Shown here one piece after another: positions 59,134 to 64,000 of a stretch of DNA of 64,000 nt. Positions within the stretch are counted from its first letter, which is position 1. Each line of letters opens with the position of its first letter. The stretch is taken from positions 11,746 through 75,745 of the forward strand of contig JBBILZ010000004.1 in assembly GCA_037444665.1 (NCBI GenBank), given 5' to 3'. This DNA is from a candidate division WOR-3 bacterium (GTDB lineage Bacteria > Hydrothermota > Tepidihabitantia > SM23-42 > JAOAFX01). The notes under the pieces were generated by a model. It saw only the letters and a list, made by a program, of their open reading frames with translations. It searched no databases and had not been told where the DNA came from. Position numbers and translations under genes: made by a program.

Positions 59134-60636
59134 CTATGTCTTTCTCAACATTGATTGCCTTGAGGCAAGTTTCCAGGGGTTCATCCCTGACTGTATCTTG
59201 TCTGATGATTTTGCTACAACCTTTTTTTCCTGCAGAATCTGGCTAATGATTGCTGCGGCTGCGGCAATCTCATAGTTCTCTTTTTTATATTCTATTTTAC
59301 CCAGAATTCTATCAATAAATGTTGTATCATAATCACCCGCAATAAAATTCTGATTATCCATTACCATCTTATGGAATGGGATGGATGTCTTTATACCCCT
59401 TATCACATATTCTTTTAACGCCCGTCTCATTCTTTCAATTGCTTCTTTCCTTGTCGGCGCCCAGACCAGTAACTTGGCAATCAATGGATCGTAGTAAATT
59501 GGCACTTCAAATCCGCGGTATACGCCACTATCCAGTCGCACGCCAATTCCACCAGGTTCAATGAGTTCGGTTATCACACCCATTGAAGGGGCAAAATTAT
59601 TCTCCGGCTCTTCAGCAGTTATACGACATTCAATTGCTGAGCCATTGATCTTAATATCCTCCTGCCTTAATGACAATTTTTCACCTGAAGCAATCTTAAA
59701 CTGCTCTTTGACAATATCAATGCCAGTGATAAGTTCTGTCACTGGATGTTCAACCTGCAACCGGGTATTCATCTCCAGAAAATAAAAATTGCGCTCTTTA
59801 TCAACCATAAATTCAACAGTTCCGGCATTATTATAACCAGACACCTGCACTGCCTTTTTTGCTGCCTCACCCATCCTTTCTCTTAATTCCGGAGTCATAA
59901 TTGCTGAAGGTGATTCTTCAATAAGTTTTTGATGACGTCGCTGGATTGAGCATTCCCTTTCGCCGAGATGAACAACATTACCATAATTATCCGCAAGGAT
60001 CTGAAATTCTATATGCCTGGGCTGGTCAAGAAACTTCTCTATAAAAATCGTGGGATTACCGAATGCGGATTGTGCCTCACCCATTGCCTGTTTTATCGCT
60101 GTTCCCAATTCTTTCTTATCCCTTACGACCCGCATTCCCTTACCACCGCCACCGCCTGCTGCCTTAATCAATACAGGCAGACCAATCTTCTCAATTATCT
60201 TCAGTGCCTCTTCTTCGTTTTTAACTGCACCTTCGCTTCCAGGAATTACTGGCACACCTGCCTTCACCATCGTTCTCTTTGAGGCAATCTTATCACCTAA
60301 TAGATTGATCGCCTTTGAATTTGGACCGATAAAAATAATTCCATTATCTTCGCATGCCTTTGCAAAAAACTCATTCTCTGCGAGAAATCCATAACCAGGA
60401 TGGATTGCCTCTGCCCCGCTCTTTTTTGCAATCTCAATTATCTTTTCTATTTTCAAATAACTCTCTGTGGCAGGTGGAGGTCCGAGATAATATACCTCAT
60501 CGGCATAACGGGTATGAAGAGCAGTTCTGTCCGCATCAGAATAGACCGTGACTGCCTTTATACCCATTTCTTTGCAGGCGCGGATTACCCGCACTGCAAT
60601 TTCACCACGGTTGGCAATTACAATTTTTTTGAACAT
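59134..60636 (-). CDS. accC: Biotin carboxylase (acetyl-/propionyl-CoA carboxylase or pyruvate carboxylase subunit A type)
   Basis: It starts MFKKIVIANRGEIAVRVIRACKEMGIK and carries an ATP-grasp domain plus a biotin carboxylase C-terminal domain. Confidence 0.85.
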   Translation of the reverse strand: MFKKIVIANRGEIAVRVIRACKEMGIKAVTVYSDADRTALHTRYADEVYYLGPPPATESYLKIEKIIEIAKKSGAEAIHPGYGFLAENEFFAKACEDNGIIFIGPNSKAINLLGDKIASKRTMVKAGVPVIPGSEGAVKNEEEALKIIEKIGLPVLIKAAGGGGGKGMRVVRDKKELGTAIKQAMGEAQSAFGNPTIFIEKFLDQPRHIEFQILADNYGNVVHLGERECSIQRRHQKLIEESPSAIMTPELRERMGEAAKKAVQVSGYNNAGTVEFMVDKERNFYFLEMNTRLQVEHPVTELITGIDIVKEQFKIASGEKLSLRQEDIKINGSAIECRITAEEPENNFAPSMGVITELIEPGGIGVRLDSGVYRGFEVPIYYDPLIAKLLVWAPTRKEAIERMRRALKEYVIRGIKTSIPFHKMVMDNQNFIAGDYDTTFIDRILGKIEYKKENYEIAAAAAIISQILQEKKVVAKSSDKIQSGMNPWKLASRQSMLRKT

Positions 60637-61073
60637 CTGCGCCTCTTTATTTCTAAAAGAACCTTTAAATCTTCTCTGTCTTTAGGTCTTCTTACTGCCT
60701 TTTTCATTTTGATCAGGTCATCAAGACTGGCAAAAAATACTTCAACTTTTCCGATTTTATCAACAACCTTATTTCTCCATACCTCATCAAATCTAACGCC
60801 GGCAACAAATGGATGGATATCAATTTCAATCAAATACTGTCTAATAAGAATCTTTTTTGTAAGAAGGTCACCAATGGTAATATCTGAAACATCATAACCA
60901 AATTTTTTAAGCGCAGTTAAACAGCGTCTGGCATTCGTTTTATTCGGCGCAATGAAAATATCGGTATCCATTGTCGCCCTTGAATAACCATGTACAGGAA
61001 ATGCAGTCGCACCAATAATTACAAACCGAACCCTATTTTCTCTTAATAATCTCAAAAGGTTTTCTATGTCCAT
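60618..61073 (-). CDS. Minimal nucleotidyltransferase-fold protein (second copy, paralogous to 45270..45743)
   Basis: It carries VRFVIIGATAFPVHGYSRATMDTDIFI. Confidence 0.4.
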   Translation of the reverse strand: MDIENLLRLLRENRVRFVIIGATAFPVHGYSRATMDTDIFIAPNKTNARRCLTALKKFGYDVSDITIGDLLTKKILIRQYLIEIDIHPFVAGVRFDEVWRNKVVDKIGKVEVFFASLDDLIKMKKAVRRPKDREDLKVLLEIKRRRCSKKL

Positions 61074-61221
61074 TTTTCAACAATATCTCCTTAATCATAT
61101 TTGATTTCTCAAACATCATTTTGAATCGTTCCTGGGTTGTAAGCGATAATTGATAGTCCAGTTCAAAGTTCAATTCTTTTTTACAATTATGCTGCTTCAG
61201 TTTCAGGATTTTACGATTCAT
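61033..61221 (-). CDS. Small hypothetical protein (62 aa), possible antitoxin-like partner
   Basis: It overlaps the NTase gene start. There is no family assignment. Confidence 0.2.
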   Translation of the reverse strand: MNRKILKLKQHNCKKELNFELDYQLSLTTQERFKMMFEKSNMIKEILLKNGHRKPFEIIKRK

Positions 61222-61245
61222 ACTTTGAGCACCATTATATTGGTT

Positions 61246-62793
61246 TTATAGCGGTATATTTCCATGTTTTCTCGGTGGGTTTGTATCACGCTTTGTATCA
61301 ATCATTTCAAATGCTTCAATCACCCTTGGTCTTGTCTCGCATGGTCGGATGATTGCATCAATATAACCCTTTGATGCGGTTACAAAAGGATTGGCAAATT
61401 TATCAGTATACTCATCAATCAATTTCTTTTCCAGTGTCTTTGGGTCTTTTGCCTCTTTAATCTCTTTTCTGTATAGAATCTTTACTGCGCCATCAGGACC
61501 CATCACGGCGATCTCGGCACTGGGCCAGGCAAAATTTATATCTGCCCTGGTATGCTTTGAACTCATAACACAATAAGCACCACCATAAGCCTTTCTTGTT
61601 ATTACCGTCACCCTGGGAACTGTTGCCTCACAGAAGGCATACAGCAATTTTGCCCCATTCTTTATAACACCTCCCCATTCCTGGGCAGTGCCGGGCAAAA
61701 ATCCAGGGACATCAACAAAAGTAAGAATGGGAATGTTGAAACAATCACAAAATCTCACAAATCGCGCACCCTTCATAGCCGAATCACAATCAAGGACGCC
61801 CGCAAGCACAGCTGGCTGATTTGCAACAACACCGATTGACCTACCATTCAATCGGGCAAAACCAACAATCAAATTCTTTGCATAATGTTGATGGACTTCA
61901 AGAAACTCACCATTGTCAACCACCCGTTTTATAATTTCATACATATCATAAGGTTTAATTGGACTGTCCGGAATAATTGTATCAAGTTCCTTGTCCATTC
62001 GGTTGATATCATCTGTGCATTCGATTATAGGCGGGTCTTCAAGATTATTCTGGGGAATATATGAAAGTAATTTTTTTATTAACTCAATGCAATCAACTTC
62101 ATTCTCAACGGCAAAATGGGCAACACCTGACTTTTCATTATGAACCATTGCCCCACCGAGTTGTTCAAATGTCACATCCTCATGGGTTGCTGCCTTTACT
62201 ACATCGGGTCCAGTTAGAAACATATATGAGCCCATTACCATTATGACAAAATCGGTCATTGCTGGAGAATAGACTGCACCGCCAGCGCAGGGACCCATTA
62301 TTGCTGAAATCTGGGGAATGACACCTGAGGAAAGCACATTGCGTAAAAAGACATCTGTATAGCCAGCAAGACTATCTACCCCTTCCTGGATTCTGGCACC
62401 ACCAGAATCCTTAAGTCCGATGATGGGACAACCCATTTTCATTGCCAGGTCCTGCAATTTACAAATCTTTTCTGCATAAGCTTTGGAGAGAGAACCACCA
62501 AAGACTGTAAAATCCTCAGAAAATACACAAACCGCTCTACCATTTATTCTTCCATAACCTGTTACCACACCGTCACCAAGTATCTTTTGTTTATCCATAT
62601 CAAAGTCAGTGCAACGGTGTGTCACAAACATATCTGTTTCGCGAAATGTGCCTTTATCAAGGAGCAAATCTATTCTTTCCCTTGCGGTCAGTCTTCCTTT
62701 GTCGTGCTGAGCCTTTATTCTTGCCTCTCCTCCTCCAAGCAATGCCTGTTTTTCAAGTTCTTCAAGATGCTTCAGCTTGTCTTTAATCTTCAT
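61246..62793 (-). CDS. Propionyl-CoA carboxylase beta chain / methylmalonyl-CoA carboxyltransferase (12S-type)
   Basis: It is 515 aa and starts ...[23 protein letters not shown]... Confidence 0.85.
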   Translation of the reverse strand: MKIKDKLKHLEELEKQALLGGGEARIKAQHDKGRLTARERIDLLLDKGTFRETDMFVTHRCTDFDMDKQKILGDGVVTGYGRINGRAVCVFSEDFTVFGGSLSKAYAEKICKLQDLAMKMGCPIIGLKDSGGARIQEGVDSLAGYTDVFLRNVLSSGVIPQISAIMGPCAGGAVYSPAMTDFVIMVMGSYMFLTGPDVVKAATHEDVTFEQLGGAMVHNEKSGVAHFAVENEVDCIELIKKLLSYIPQNNLEDPPIIECTDDINRMDKELDTIIPDSPIKPYDMYEIIKRVVDNGEFLEVHQHYAKNLIVGFARLNGRSIGVVANQPAVLAGVLDCDSAMKGARFVRFCDCFNIPILTFVDVPGFLPGTAQEWGGVIKNGAKLLYAFCEATVPRVTVITRKAYGGAYCVMSSKHTRADINFAWPSAEIAVMGPDGAVKILYRKEIKEAKDPKTLEKKLIDEYTDKFANPFVTASKGYIDAIIRPCETRPRVIEAFEMIDTKRDTNPPRKHGNIPL

Positions 62794-62855
62794 CGGTTTC
62801 CTCCATTATTTTTTGATAAATTAAAACCGCCACATTTGTGTGATAAATCACACCG

Positions 62856-63713
62856 CTACTTGGAATTTTCATTTTCGCATGGTTTTAATATTTGTCGACC
62901 ATTTTCTTCCACGAGATGTGCAAAAATCACTTTTGGGTCGTGCTCAAAGATCAAGAGCCAGTTCTCTGTAATCGCCGGCTTTAAAAGTTTCTTTTTTAAT
63001 TCTATCAATTCAAGAGGATAAAGGTCAAAACTCGTCAGATAAGGAATCCTGATATGGGCAGATGTGGGCATAAAATCGCCCCAGTAGACTGCCTTTTTAC
63101 CTTTTGACTCAATTATGACTGACTGGTGACCTTTTGTATGACCAATTGTATTAATGACCTTAACACCAGGAATTATTTCATATTCTCCTTTAATCAGTAT
63201 CAACTGTCCCGAGCTTTCTAATGGCAAAAAATTTTCTTTTAAATAACTTGCACGGGTGCGTTCATTGGTGTGTGTTGCGTCATACCATTCCTGTTCCTGG
63301 ATGATATACTTTGCATTGGGAAAGCTGGGAATGATTTTATTACCAACAAATTTTGTATTTCCACCGCAATGGTCAAAGTGGAGATGTGTATTTATGACAA
63401 AATCTATATCTTCTAATTTCAGTTTAAGCTGTGCCAGGCCGCTATCCAGGTCTGGCGGCTGTTTAACCGAATATATCTCGCGGAATTTTTCATCAAGTTT
63501 CTTTCCAATACCAGTATCAACAAGTATATTTGCCTCAGGCGTCTTTATCAACAGGCAATTGAGTGGAATTTCCACACGATTCAACTCATCCGGGTTATAT
63601 ATTTTTTCCCATAATACTTTTGGCACAACTCCGAACATTGTGCCACCATCCAGTAGAAAAGAACCATCAGATACAGCAATCAAATCAAATGCACCGAATT
63701 TCACACTCATCAA
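62856..63713 (-). CDS. MBL-fold metallo-hydrolase
   Basis: It carries the HLHFDHCGG (HxHxDH) motif. Confidence 0.7.
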   Translation of the reverse strand: MMSVKFGAFDLIAVSDGSFLLDGGTMFGVVPKVLWEKIYNPDELNRVEIPLNCLLIKTPEANILVDTGIGKKLDEKFREIYSVKQPPDLDSGLAQLKLKLEDIDFVINTHLHFDHCGGNTKFVGNKIIPSFPNAKYIIQEQEWYDATHTNERTRASYLKENFLPLESSGQLILIKGEYEIIPGVKVINTIGHTKGHQSVIIESKGKKAVYWGDFMPTSAHIRIPYLTSFDLYPLELIELKKKLLKPAITENWLLIFEHDPKVIFAHLVEENGRQILKPCENENSK

Positions 63714-63925
63714 TCCTTTTTATCAACCACTGCTAATTTGTTTTTGATTGGCGCTAAAAACTGTTCCATAGTAATATAAGGATTGACCTTCATCAGTTTC
63801 TGTAATATTAAATTTCTTTCCTCATCGGTCTTTGCATTAAGATATTTAACACGAAGGCGATCTGTTGCCTCATTCCTTTTTTTTCTTTTGTGTATTTCTG
63901 ATTTTCTGATCTGTCCTTTTCTCAT
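63710..63925 (-). CDS. Small basic hypothetical protein (71 aa)
   Basis: It is a clean ORF translationally coupled to the MBL gene. Confidence 0.25.
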   Translation of the reverse strand: MRKGQIRKSEIHKRKKRNEATDRLRVKYLNAKTDEERNLILQKLMKVNPYITMEQFLAPIKNKLAVVDKKD

Positions 63926-64000
63926 ATAACCTCCTGTGAAAAAATTATAGGATATAGTATTTTCATATTATCTAATTTTTTTTCTTTTTTTTGCTAATTT

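Overview
The window is low-GC (about 37-38%), gene-dense bacterial DNA, mostly coded on the minus strand. A predicted T9SS-type C-terminal sorting domain on a BNR-repeat protein suggests an FCB-superphylum organism, possibly a Cloacimonadota-like propionate oxidiser. This placement is inference only.

**Layout**
- **1-33 kb, housekeeping and envelope genes:** GT4 glycosyltransferase, dut, LPLAT acyltransferase, aminotransferase, PAS-GGDEF, a BNR/T9SS protein, GalE-like epimerase, DUF58 and BatA-like, argF, two paralogous GNAT genes, cutA, tandem small OMP-like paralogs, TspO, a ClC channel, MscS, a sugar ABC importer and an ArsR regulator.
- **33-53 kb and 59-64 kb, acyl-CoA / propionate metabolism cluster:** two carboxyltransferases, accC, BCCP, the methylmalonyl-CoA mutase catalytic domain, methylmalonyl-CoA epimerase, a CoA-transferase, a thiolase-HMGS-DUF35 trio, purC/purE-like genes, alanine dehydrogenase and cstA.
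- **53.3-59.1 kb, inserted island:** a small HNH nuclease, a 393-aa HExxH plus RelE/ParE-like protein behind a GC-rich leader, a UDG-superfamily glycosylase-like protein, and a candidate type II restriction-modification pair. Two families of direct repeats flank it.

**Most notable findings**
1. A family of inverted-repeat stem-loop elements resembling rRNA intervening sequences sits in operon spacers. One copy carries a four-helix-bundle (rRNA-IVS protein family) ORF fused in frame to the methylmalonyl-CoA epimerase gene.
2. The defence island listed above.
3. Several homopolymer-associated frame disruptions, which are either sequencing errors or phase variation.
4. A 129-bp in-frame tandem duplication in BCCP.
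5. Recurring palindromic repeats and operator-like sites.

No rRNA, tRNA or CRISPR array was recognised.
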